Positions 23,873-35,373 of a DNA stretch of 64,000 bases are shown piece by piece; positions within the stretch are counted from its first letter, which is position 1; each line of letters opens with the position of its first letter. The stretch covers positions 21,176,912 through 21,240,911 of the forward strand of contig NC_092675.1 in assembly GCF_964355755.1 (NCBI RefSeq), read 5' to 3'. Position numbers and translations under genes: made by a program. The notes beneath the pieces were generated by a model. The model was given only the letters and a program-made list of their open reading frames with translations, was not told where the DNA came from and did not search any database. Origin of the DNA: Antedon mediterranea. Its lineage: Eukaryota; Animalia; Echinodermata.

Positions 23873-25432
23873 TTTTTATGAATATATTTTTACCATTTAT
23901 ATCTTTCTTATATCTTTCTGTTTGATTTTTTTCATTTGAATGTATCTGTTTTTACAATGTACTGTATATGAATATAGTTTATAGGTCAGTAGAAAAGAAT
24001 GCAGCTTAATTGCAACAAAGGTTACCCCAAGTGGGTCATAGTGACAAATGTTTGGGAAGTAAGGAATGTGTTTTGCCAAGTTGCTAGGCAACTAAGGTGA
24101 TTATCTTCATTTCTGATGATTATACCTCACTTCCACTTGTGCCTGCTCACAAGAAACATCTATACATTTTTAACAACTTTAAAGGAAGTCACTTTTCTAT
24201 ATTTTGGCTCTTTTCTTAGGTAAGAACTATCAATTGTATTATTTTATGTTTAACAAATTTGTTAATATAACTTAATTTGAGATTTAAGCTTATGAAGATT
24301 AGGTTTATGCATTATGTTTGCATTGGCTCAATGCTTTAGATTAGTTATGTGATACTTAACTTTTTGATTATATTTTATAACTTTTGTGATACCATTTGCA
24401 ATTGCGCTTGGTAATTTATGTTACTGTAAAGTAAGGTTCTGCAATCACACATTGTTCTCTCCCGTTTTAAGCTAAAGGGTCTTGAAGTGATTAACTTGCT
24501 TTTGCTAATACTTTTAATTGTATGAGTGTATCAGGACGATTCTGGTAAATGTGGGTCATTTACTAGATGGCAGTACACTCTTGGTATTGATTGACCTAGA
24601 GACAATTGGAGTGTGATTGTAGAATTGAGACTATTGTATTATACACTTATTTTTGATTTCCGCTTTATGCGACATTTATTTTTATACATTTAATTACCTT
24701 TTAGTTTATAATTTAGTTTATTGAATGGATGCGCTGCATTAACCATCCTGAGTTTATAATAGTCAGGTTAATATGTTGATAGACACACGTTTGAATAGCT
24801 ATTGCTATTATCCATTGAGTTGCAATGTAGTTATATTGGTATCAAGTATTAGCATACTTACCAAACGAAGTACCTCTAACTATATAATGTAACTAATGTT
24901 TTAATGAGTAGTGTGAATAATCATATACCAATCAGTGTTAATCGAACCTGGCGGTATTGACGGATTATGTTTTATTTTGTTTAATTGTCTATCATAGCCT
25001 AGGTTATTTTGCAAACATTGTGGTATTTTAATTATGTACCAAATGATATTTGATTTAAATTGTTTTATAGTTATATAGTATATGTATATATTTTCTCTTT
25101 TCTTAGATGAGAAAACACTACTTTTGAAATTTACGAATCATTATTGCAATTATTACACCATTGGTCGGAACATTTCGTTGATAACATTTACTCTACTGTG
25201 GAACCTTTCAAGTCGGAATTGTTTCAACTGAAGACTCAATTTTAATATAAACTTTTAGTTTTGTGGACACTTTAATGTTTTATCTTGTGAATAAATAATA
25301 TTGGTTATGTAAATTCTGACAAGTTGATGTCAAAGGAATAAATCTACATTTTAATTTATAAGGCGTTTTCCTTGATTTGATTATTTAATACTTCTTGGAA
25401 ATTTTAGTTTCTTGCTAGAAACTCGGGTTACA
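23860..25432 (+). repeat. 3' LTR (1573 bp)
   Basis: Direct repeat of 16308-17880. Confidence 0.97.
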
Positions 25433-25599
25433 TTTAGACTTGTGCATTATTTGTGTATTTGAACTAACATGATAGTGAAAAAATAAAGAGCGCACACGTG
25501 ACTCATTTCAGCACGTCTGATTGGCTTGAACCCATGTTATAAATATATCTATCATCTTTGATTATATGGTAGTCCATGGTAATAATATCATACTCCGGT

Positions 25600-25714
25600 T
25601 TATGTGCTTGTCTTTTTGTTTTCTTCCATTTGTTTTCCACTCTTTCTCTTTATTGTCGAGCGCATAGAGATATTGTTTATTTGCGTTATATAAATCTACC
25701 TATTATTATTATTA
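25600..25714 (+). mobile_element. LINE/SINE 3'-end fragment with (TAT)n tail
   Basis: TTTCTCTTTATTGTCGAGCGCATAGAG...TATATAAATCTA...TATTATTATTATT. A second copy is present on the opposite strand at ~29229-29345. Confidence 0.6.
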
Positions 25715-25729
25715 ATCACCATGGGCTAT

Positions 25730-25981
25730 AATTTGAACCACACCCCTGTATCAATTTGAACCACACCCCTGTATCAATTTGAACCACACCCCTGTATCAA
25801 TTTGAACCACACCCCTGTATCAATTTGAACCACACTACTGTATCAATTTGAACCACACCCCTGTATCAATTTGAACCACACCCCTGTATCAATTTGAACC
25901 ACACTCCTGTATCAATTTGAACCACACCACTGTATCAATTTGAACCACACCCCTGTATCAATTTGAACCACACCCTTGTAT
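25730..25981. repeat. Minisatellite, 23-bp unit x 11
   Basis: (AATTTGAACCACACCCCTGTATC)n with a few variant units and no spacers. Confidence 0.97.
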
Positions 25982-25992
25982 AAATTCAATTA

Positions 25993-28900
25993 TCATTTTT
26001 GGCTTATAACATCCCAATTATTCTGAAATTTCAAAGTGTTCGGAATGACACTACCCGTGTGTTGGATGGCGATGCTGGCAGCATAATGACCACACAGAAT
26101 ACACCGGTCATAGTCTTGACCCAACACAATTTGTGACAAAAAACCTGAAAAAAAGGAGAATCAATACTATAGAGTAAAAGATGTATTGTCCCTCTAAACA
26201 ATTTTTGTTGTTGGATAAGCCAAAAGTTGGATCTAAACAAAATTTATTTACCTAAAAATACAGTAATTTAAGGCAAAAAATGGTCAAATTGCCTGCCTGC
26301 CAGCCAATTGATTTTTGGTTGAATTTAACCATTTATTATTTTAAATAAAAAAACATTTATTTTTCCTTTTTTTTCTAGTTAAGTGATTAACTTTATTAAA
26401 ACTACAAAAAAACCTATTCAAAGTCTGATTTAATTAATCTTCATTTTCATGTTTTAGAGGAAAATACATCTTTAAAGGATTTTATGAACTTTTAAACTAT
26501 ATCAATAAGCAGCATTTCATTTAAGTTTTGTAGTGGACAAAAATCAGGCATGGCTGTAAACAGGTGAACAAGTATGCCATCCAAGCTACAGTGTTACTGT
26601 ACTAACATTTTAAATAAACACTATTAAATGGCATTTGGAAAAGGTCAGCCAATTATTGGTTCAGCAAGAGAATATTTTAACTTTCAACCATTTTTTAGGA
26701 TTTTATAAACTTACCCCCAACAAATGCATCTCCGGCCCCACATGTATCTATAATGTGCTCCTTCGGAACTCCAATCACAGGGTATTCAATTGCCTTACCA
26801 CCTGGAATTGCATGTATTGCATTTTTTTTTAAATTTAACAACAAGAAACTTGCCAATTACAAGATAAATAAACTGTAATTGATTGTGCTTAAACTAAGTC
26901 ACATTTGAGAAAGTAGAAAGTTACAACCCTGACTAGGTCAGTATTGAACTATACGGAGGAATTACTTTTTCTTGACAGCCTCAACTACGATAATTTATTC
27001 ATTATTATTTATTACGGAATGCATACCTGTTGCTAATATTGTTGGTTTCTCTCCTTGAGTGATAACAACAATTCGATTCCTTTTTTGGTTAACTTTTGGA
27101 AGTTTGCAAACAGTAAGAACACGTTCACTTGGCTTTTCTTTCTGAATATAAATAAAACTACAGTAAGTGTTTTATTTTAAGTTATAGACTGGTAGAGTAA
27201 AACCTGCAAAAAACATTAGAAAGTTAAAGCCTACAAATTTTTAGTAGCAGAATACATCCAAAATTGACAAAAATCAGCCTTGATTTATTGAATGTATTTA
27301 AAATAAAACCAATTATATTCTTTTTTAATTTATGTGTGTGAGGAAGGAGACATTGATAGTTTAGCCAAAAAACAAACAAAAAATGAAATGTTAAAAAAAG
27401 TTATCTTACTTGACAGTCTATCATGTCACAAAATGCTATTAATTCCTGCAAAAATAAAAAAAAATTTAATTAGATTAACATAAATCAAATATTTCAATTT
27501 ATAGACATATTTATAATTGATTAAAATAATAAATGGTTAATGGTTTAAAAATGATTTTAAAATCTGGCATGCAGCAAACAGCTTAGTAATCAACTGCCAT
27601 GAACTGTAGAGGGCAGCAAACAGTATAATACAATTATGTTATCAGAAAAATATTAGAAAAGATTAGAGATAGAGAAAGTACTGTACCTTAAGACTACCAA
27701 ACAAAATGTCAACATATGGTATTAGCTTTAGTAAAAATTGTGAGAACTGAGCACAGATATAAGTAGCAGAGAGATTCAGGCAGAACAGCTTGTCTTTCTC
27801 TGCTGCAAAGTGGGCCAAAGCAGTAACTGAATCTGGGCTAGAGGCTACAGCATATCCCTAAAAAAGAAAATGGCATGTTTTGCAAATAATAATTTTTCCT
27901 CTGAAAATCAAAATGATGGATGAAAGAAGGCAATTCTAAGTAAAGTGACGATTTATTTTTATTCGATAATTTTGTAAAATAAAATTTGTATGTGTTTGAT
28001 ATTAATAAACCATCAGACATAAGTTCTAATTTATTATGATTTCCTTTATATTAGGTAAATATATCATAGCCTTTAAAAGACACATAGTAATTCTTACTTA
28101 GGTTTTCTTGATGAAGTTACAGACACTTTTCCCCGACTCGATAAAAGATAAAAGTTGTTACTGTATTGCGCTTAATAAGGTAAGTATTATCAAAATATAA
28201 TACTTACAGGTGCGTAGAGAATACTAGCTTTCTCAACATAGCTCCAATGCGCCTGTAGATGATCAAGAGTGTAATGCTTAGCTGCTGAAAAATCAGAACA
28301 TAATGACCTAAAAAGTATGGAAATATATCAAATAAATCATTAAAATATGGAAAAAAATAAAAAAATTTGCAATTAAATAGCAATAATACATGTAGTAACT
28401 ATAATCTACATCATTTTTCAGCTTAAATTTTGCTAAAAAAAATCTCTCTCTTGGGACAAAATTTTTAGTAATTGCAAACTTGTGTGATTTCTCAATACTG
28501 CCCTCTACTTTTCTTTTAGATTTTCACCCAACAGTTTTTTTTATCAAGAATTTATGTTTATGTCATTTGTCGTATTCGATTGGGAACTTTCGTTGTCAAC
28601 GTAAAGATTCGTTGAGTACTTTTTGTATTCAAATTGTAAATTTGTGCTCAACAGAAAGTCATTCGAATAGAAAACGTTGACAATGAAAGCTTTTTCGTTA
28701 AGAACAATCTCAACGCTCAAAATACTCCGTTAAAGAAGTACTCAACGGAAAAACTGTACTCAACGGTGAAAGTCTAAATCGAATACGACAAATGTCAATC
28801 AATCATTAACAAAAAACTAACCTAAATATAACAAAATATAATGACCAATCGAACAATTGTACTTTGGGCACATCTTTTTTTAGTCTTAAACATTAATTGA

Positions 28901-30900
28901 CAAATTAAAATTATCTTTCACCTGTGTTGGTTGGTGATCAAAACTGCACACCTTCCAGTAGGTAGAGTATCATGTTCTTTGTAGACAACCAGAGCGCCTT
29001 CTGCTTGCCCTTTTTGCTTTAATATCTCACCAAATTTATCCTTTCCAATACATCCAAATATTGTTGTTGCATGTGGAAGATTTAGTATAAGCTATACAAA
29101 GAATTAAAGATTGTTAAATTGACTAACCTTGAGAAAAGAAGTAATACAGTACAAATATTAATAACTATACATTGTAAATAAAAGTAACACATTGTGTAAG
29201 ACTAACTAACCATGCTGGTAATATTTAATAATAAACAATAATAATAATAGATTTATATAGCACAAATAAACCATGACTCTATGCGCTCGACAATAAAGAG
29301 AAAAGAGGGGAAACCAAAAGAAAGAGAACAAAAAGACAAAAACACCAAGCTAGCACCTAAACAGATGGGGTACACCATCACCGCTAACTGGGGATCAGTG
29401 CGTAAGTACCCCAGTTAGCATCGGTTAAGTGTTGATCTTTTCAGGGATCCGGTGCCTCCTAGTCTACTTTAGTCAGAAAACAACAACAGGCAAAAAAGAT
29501 TTATAGATATCTTAACTCTTACGGTAATTTGGAAGATTCAATCAATACCACTTTCACATTTTCTGGCAACTGTGTTTTGTATAGTGTGCGTCCTGGTAAT
29601 TGTACACTCACAAGTTTTTGATGTGAAAGAGGTATTACAATTTAACTGTAATGGAATTTCTGCGCCCAACCATTCATCCATTCATAGATGTAGTACTGAT
29701 GAAGAAAGTCTTTCTGATGGTGACTATACTACAGAATGAACCCAAACGTGGCTAATTTTGGCCTTACTAGGAAGTACCAAAAGCAAAACTCCGGAGACAC
29801 TCCGGAGTTGACACCCCGCTGTTTTGGTGTGAAAGTAAAATCAAGCAACTCCGGAGTTTAAAACTGCGGAGTTGAACAGCTGAACATTCTCCGGAGAGCG
29901 AACTGAGGGGACACCCCGGTGTTTTGGTGTGAAAGGTACCAACATCAAAACTCCGGAGTTTTAGGGCAAAAGGTCATCCTCACACGATCACTCATTGCTT
30001 TAGTTTTATTTCAAAATACTTTAAATATTTGTACAAAATATACACCGGGTCTAGAAAATAGTAAGTAGTATCAATAAAACATTATATTACTTCTGAGGCT
30101 TTTGAAAGTAATTATTAAATTAAAATATTATTAATTAAAATGATTCTAATGATCGTCGCTATGTAAACAAACAAAATAGAGGGCGACATTTACAATTTAT
30201 TTTATAAACCCCAGGGTTGCTAGGTTGGTGTGAAAGGGGTATGGCCGGAGTTTCTTGACGTTTTGAATGGTCATAAACCCTGGGGTGCCTCCGGAGTTTT
30301 GGTATGAAAGGGGTATAGGAAGAGGAGTGGGGAGTGAAAAAGGTAGAATAAATGAAGTTGTTTGCAATGACTTTACATGGCTGACCATGGCTGACCTGGG
30401 AAATTCTGATTGAATTCTGTGCAGATCCTCCAGCACTATATTTCACTTCACAATCTTTCTGAAGTACCTCATAGATTAAATTCTGCTCTGTACCAATGTG
30501 TATTGAATTGTCCTCTTCAAGGTTAAACCTAGATACAACAAGATGCAATTTATAATTTACTTGCAATTTGAAGAATATCTTGGAGAGATGACAAAGACCT
30601 CATGGCATAACGTTTGTTATTACTAATAACTTATTGTATAGGATTTCTGAACATACATTTGTTTTACAGCAATTAAAGAACGTACATATTTTTATTTAGC
30701 TACTAAAAAATTAATCAAATTAAAAACAAATCTGAAAGAACTTGTAGAATTAATTAATAAAATAAAACAATTTCACTAAAATAACTACACCTTTTCAAGA
30801 AGTCATCTGTGACGTTTGCGATCATATCTAACAAAGGAATACCAAGTGCTGCAATACATCCTTCTTTGCACACTCCAGCGGGTGAAGAAGCTGTCATCAT
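25993..30900 (-). CDS. ADK-like: Adenosine kinase-like protein (PfkB/ribokinase family), 9 coding exons, 357 aa
   Basis: Exons 30900-30791, 30528-30396, 29091-28922, 28307-28208, 27857-27687, 27445-27410, 27141-27027, 26801-26715, 26144-25993; all GT-AG and phase-consistent (1074 nt). Motifs LGIPLLD, AGGSAQNSIR, GCIGKDKFG, PTGRCAVLIT..HRSL, LNLSA, IIDTCGAGDAFVGGFLSQ. Confidence 0.92.
29229..29345 (-). mobile_element. LINE/SINE 3'-end fragment (second copy, ADK-like intron 2)
   Basis: Reverse-complement match to 25600-25714 (CTCTATGCGCTCGACAATAAAGAGAAA). Confidence 0.6.
29546..30315. mobile_element. MITE-derived element with internally reiterated terminal motif
   Basis: Starts TACCACTTTCACA and ends TGAAAGGGGTA. 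TTGGTRTGAAAG recurs at ~29824, 29924, 30225 and 30299; CTCCGGAG palindromes occur about six times. Ends resemble those of the 2605-2837 element. Confidence 0.5.
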
Positions 30901-32522
30901 CGTAATTACTTTAAAAAAAGGCCTAGGCCTAGCTAGATAGAGACTAGCCTAGACTAGAAGGCCTAGATTTTGGTGCCTCTAGATAAACTTTAAAAACAGG
31001 TCAACCAAATATAAATGGATAGACGTTTTCCGGAGTACTATAAGAAAGTGTTGTGAGAAAATTCTGGTTTAACAAAAAACGCGATGATATAAAAACAGTT
31101 ATTTTAAAATTAAAAACATGTGGTTAAAAAAGTTTGGAAACTATCGACGATGCATCCAATCATCCAAAACTGATCCAAAACATTGTGCTGCGCCCCCTAT
31201 AATGATATATATGTAGGAGCTTTTGGTGGGTGAGCAAAAAGTACCGTAGTGAGTTGGAAGAATATTGTTTTATAAAAATATAGAAAAACATTATCTTTTG
31301 TGGTACGAATGATAATGAATGCTGCACTGGATTGAAATGGTTCATGAATCGAGTAGCTGGTTATATTAATGACAAGTATATAGACAATAGTGACAGGTAT
31401 CGACAAAATAATCCCCCAATCCGGATCTACCGTAAATAAGCTCAAACTTCTTTATTCCATTTCATTCACAGTGGTTGAGTTATTTTAATAACAATGAGTA
31501 TATCCTATTCAAAAATATTCCATTGCAGGTTTTATATATTTGCGTAAGCAGCGTGACGTATTGTTAGCTAACCCTTATTGTTCATCATTTGTTATGTTTT
31601 TCTCTCTAAAAACTGAATAACGGGTCGCTTTTTAAAGGTTTACTGGACTTCACTGTTTCTAAAAGGTAGGCAAACGGACATAGCTATTATTTTAACGATT
31701 GTATTAACTTCTTTTACAGTTTAAAGAATATGCACTTATAACTAATTACTCATGTACTGCCACTTATAAGTTGGGGTCTGATAGTGCAATCGTATATTCG
31801 ATTGAATTTCCGGGTGTTTACTGACGTACAGGCGTAGCATGCTAATAGGCCTACTAATATTATGTCGGTATATTATGCCTATCATTTTAGGAATATTTTA
31901 ACGTAGTCTATGCATAGCTGACAGAAACAATTTGATTTAATCCATCAACACCGTATTTATTCGGAATCAAAATACTAACACAGTATTATTAATATAATTA
32001 TATGACATTTCCTGTTTTGTATGTATACGTTGTAGATCACTAAACTTCTAATATTTCTAACTCATTATTTACCTCGTGTATGTGGTTCTTGAGGTACGGT
32101 GTTCAACACTGTTCCTTCTTCAATATTAATGTACCCTGCATGCAATGTATCCTTTGAAATCCATTTGACAGTATACGCCTCGTGTGTGTTAAATGGTATA
32201 ACAGGAAAGTGACATTTTAATTAAGAAAGCCCGCCGTTGCATCTAACATAACTTTTCTAATGTCACATGTTTGAAAGCTAAAATCTATAACACCATGCTC
32301 AGGTCTTCACAGGATTCCATCCCTTAGAATACATGACGTCCACACGAGGAATGGAAACCCTAACCCCATGATCAATAGTCGTTAAAACAGTTTCTATATA
32401 ATGATTATGAGTTACAATTTTACCATGGAATTCATGATTTTACTGATTTAAAAATTACGTTTCTCATGACTTTATCCATTATTTTACAATTAGGCCTATA
32501 TCTCTCATTCCAGACTTCCAAA

Positions 32523-34742
32523 ATGACTGAGAGAAAAGTTGTTCAAGATCTGGACAAGAAAGTTCTAGAGTGTCCAATATGCATGAAGCGATTTTCACAA
32601 CCACGGGCACTTCCATGTCTGCATACATACTGTCTCGAATGTATAGAAAATTGGGCGGTTGTGAAATGTAAACTTCAATGTCCACTGTGCTCTCGTACGT
32701 TCCAGATTCCAGAAGGTGGTGTAGAAAAACTTGCACCAAATACTACCATTAACAGCTTACTTGATTATATCAAGACAATGGAGGAAGAGAAGAGTCCAGA
32801 GGAAGAAGAGGAGGACAATGTTTTAGCAGCAGAAGAATCACCGATGTTATTCTGCAGTTGTCGAAAACAACCACCAACCCACCATTGTAAAGAGTGTGAA
32901 GAAAACGTATGTATTGAGTGTAAAAAGCAGCACAAATCATCGCGGTTGAAGTCAAAGAAACACACCTTACTGCCACTCAGTGAACTAGTCCAATCGACAT
33001 CAAACAAAGAAGTTATTAAACCAAAGTTGTGTGACATTCACAAAAATAACACGTTAGAGTTTTTTTGCACAAGTTGTACAAAGTTAGCGTGTAGTCGATG
33101 TAAAGAGCAGTTTCATAAGTCAACGACTGAACATTTAGTTGTCTTAGCATCCACGGCGTGTATGGAGCTTAAAGCAGAAGTTCAGGAGTTGGTTCATAAA
33201 GGAAAGAAAAGAATTGACGACACACAATCCTATTTACAAACATCTGGCGCAAACACCTCTGGTTTAACGACAACTCGAGATGTATGCAAATTAGGTGTTG
33301 ACGTTTGGAAAAAAGGTGTCATTGAACAAATAGAATTGTATTGCGAAAATCTGAAGAAGAATATTGATGATGTTGACGAGTTACACAAGTATGCTCTCCA
33401 TCTCAAAATGCAAAAATCACAGGCATTGCTCTCCGAAATCTCTGGTACAATTGTCACTTTGCAGAGTAAATTTTTACGAAACAGCTTGATGAATGATCTT
33501 GAGTCAAATGTAAAGGAAGTCGGTGCGATTCGCAACTATCTGTACAATCTAGAAAAACTAGATCAAGAAGAGATTTCCTCAGATGTGAAGTTTATTCCAT
33601 CTCGTGAATTTACTGAAGCACTTTGTAATGGAGTTGGAACCATCAACACCGTAGAAGATCTGTACAAAGTGTCAGAAGTTGATAGGTTAACTGAAATCAC
33701 AGAAGGAGAAACGTTTACGATTGGAGTAGATTGTTTTAAGGGTGATAAGGCATGTGAGTTGGTTGCAACGATACGGGACCCACTAGGTAAAGAGAGAATC
33801 CCCAATATTTCGGAACAAAACGGTCGGTACATATTAAGAGGTCAATGCAATATTCCGGGTGAATGGCTGTTAAAAATAACCACTGGTAAAATGCATATTC
33901 AAGGGTCTCCGATTGTTATCAAAGTACACCAAGAAGGGCTTAATGTAACCATACCTAACATTTTAGATTACATGGAACATACCAAAGATACTAAAGTGAT
34001 GAACGTTTGTTGTAGCAAAGAAGGACTGTTACTTGTGACTAGTGCGGGTCGAGATATTCTAAAGTTTAAACCAACGGGTGAGTTTGTCGGTAAGATTGTA
34101 CTGCAACCTGGAACAAGAGTCAGTGGGTTATGTAATATAAGCGATAGTCTAATGGCGTACAGTAATATGGGAAATAAATGTATTACAACATGTAGCCATG
34201 CCTTCAATGAAATATTGTCATTCGGAAAGGGTATCGTTAAACAACCTCGCGGTCTTGCTGTTCGCCGAGATGTCAGTGATCTCTATGCTGCGGATTCTGA
34301 TGCTCATTGCATATTTCGCTTTGACTACCAAACGGGAAAACTAATCAGTACAATTGGATCAGCTGGCAAAGGTATCGGTCAGATGCTAAACCCTCAGGAC
34401 GTGTCCATAACCCGCGGTGGTCATCTTCTTATAGTTGATTTTGGAAATCATAGGGTTTCAATGTTAGACACTAAGGACAAGTTTGTAAAAATCATGATTG
34501 GTTATGGTCAAGAGGACGGAAAGGTTATAGGTCCATCTGGGATAGTTGTGTGCGAAGACGATAACGTTATTGTATCTAGTAATCATAAATTACAACTGTT
34601 TGACCAGAGTGGCAAGTTTCTAAAGAGGATCGATAAAGATGAAGATGGTCTGAATGTTCCAGTGTTCATGAGTTTAATTTCATCAAAGACGTTCGCGGTC
34701 GCAAATCACAGAGAAGATAATATCAAGATATATAATTATTAG
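32523..34742 (+). CDS. TRIM-NHL E3 ubiquitin ligase (TRIM2/3/71-like architecture), single coding exon
   Basis: RING (CPIC...LPCLHTYCLECI...CPLC), two B-boxes, coiled coil, filamin-like repeat (HIQGSP) and NHL repeats (PRGLAV, PQDVSI..GHLLIVDFGNHRV). The likely start is MTERK at 32523, after an acceptor (TTCCAG, 32513); the ORF track starts at 32466. Confidence 0.92.
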   Translation: MTERKVVQDLDKKVLECPICMKRFSQPRALPCLHTYCLECIENWAVVKCKLQCPLCSRTFQIPEGGVEKLAPNTTINSLLDYIKTMEEEKSPEEEEEDNVLAAEESPMLFCSCRKQPPTHHCKECEENVCIECKKQHKSSRLKSKKHTLLPLSELVQSTSNKEVIKPKLCDIHKNNTLEFFCTSCTKLACSRCKEQFHKSTTEHLVVLASTACMELKAEVQELVHKGKKRIDDTQSYLQTSGANTSGLTTTRDVCKLGVDVWKKGVIEQIELYCENLKKNIDDVDELHKYALHLKMQKSQALLSEISGTIVTLQSKFLRNSLMNDLESNVKEVGAIRNYLYNLEKLDQEEISSDVKFIPSREFTEALCNGVGTINTVEDLYKVSEVDRLTEITEGETFTIGVDCFKGDKACELVATIRDPLGKERIPNISEQNGRYILRGQCNIPGEWLLKITTGKMHIQGSPIVIKVHQEGLNVTIPNILDYMEHTKDTKVMNVCCSKEGLLLVTSAGRDILKFKPTGEFVGKIVLQPGTRVSGLCNISDSLMAYSNMGNKCITTCSHAFNEILSFGKGIVKQPRGLAVRRDVSDLYAADSDAHCIFRFDYQTGKLISTIGSAGKGIGQMLNPQDVSITRGGHLLIVDFGNHRVSMLDTKDKFVKIMIGYGQEDGKVIGPSGIVVCEDDNVIVSSNHKLQLFDQSGKFLKRIDKDEDGLNVPVFMSLISSKTFAVANHREDNIKIYNY

Positions 34743-35012
34743 TATCGGCCATCCAAAGATGTGATGAAAATGTTGTAACATAATTTGAGATACAAAACAG
34801 TGTTGTGGGTAACGAGAATATAGCTTATAACTTAACCATAGAAGCCAGCCAGAGGATTGCCTTGCTTAAATTACCTTGACATTGCATTAACAGAATACAG
34901 AAATATAATGCATTATAAAGATCAGACATTACCTTGGTAGAAAGAATGTAGCACTCTGCTATTAATTGTAAAAAGAAAAAAAAAGTGTGATTACATATCA
35001 CTCTCCTCGTTA

Positions 35013-35191
35013 AGCTTGGTTCCCACTAGAACGTAACGCAAGGACGTAAACGCAACGCAAGCGTTTTAACCAATGACAAGCGAAGTTATAGACAGTTAGC
35101 AATCACAAGCGAATAGGCCATCGCTTGTGATTGGTCAATTCATTTGCGTTGCGTTACGTCCTTGCGTTGCGTCGCTAATGGGAACCCCGCT
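35013..35191. mobile_element. PIF/Harbinger-type MITE, TTA TSD
   Basis: TIR AGCTTGGTTCCCACTAG ... CTAATGGGAACCCCGCT, internally palindromic, TTA at 35010-35012 and 35192-35194. Confidence 0.8.
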
Positions 35192-35373
35192 TTAGTAGGA
35201 AATATCATAAAAAAGAGTGTTATATTTATAATGTTTTTCTAATTATGTAAAATAATTAAGTACACAGACGTCATGCATGTAACATTACGCTTTAGTCGAA
35301 ATACAAATTTTCCTTCTTTATTTTTTATTCTGTGCATGTACAAACATTTCATTTGTTTCCGCAATCCAAACGG

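Larger units (their letters stand above)
16308..25432 (+). mobile_element. Full-length Ty3/Gypsy LTR retrotransposon, intact
   Basis: Two 1573-bp LTRs (16308-17880, 23860-25432) with TGTAACCC...GGGTTACA ends, 4-bp TSD TTTA (16304-16307, 25433-25436), PBS, PPT, gag and pol in PR-RT-RH-IN order. Confidence 0.98.

Noticed and set aside
25730-25981. CRISPR-like array
   Set aside because: The 23-bp units are directly adjacent with no unique spacers, there are no cas genes, and the context is eukaryotic.
27603-27618. CTCF-like AGAGGGC(A/G) motifs (also ~43, ~7925, ~8685, ~48629)
   Set aside because: Short partial matches that cannot be told from chance without a matrix scan or ChIP data.
30159-30566. 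135-aa ORF as a standalone gene
   Set aside because: It is ADK-like exon 2 read through into intronic repeat sequence.
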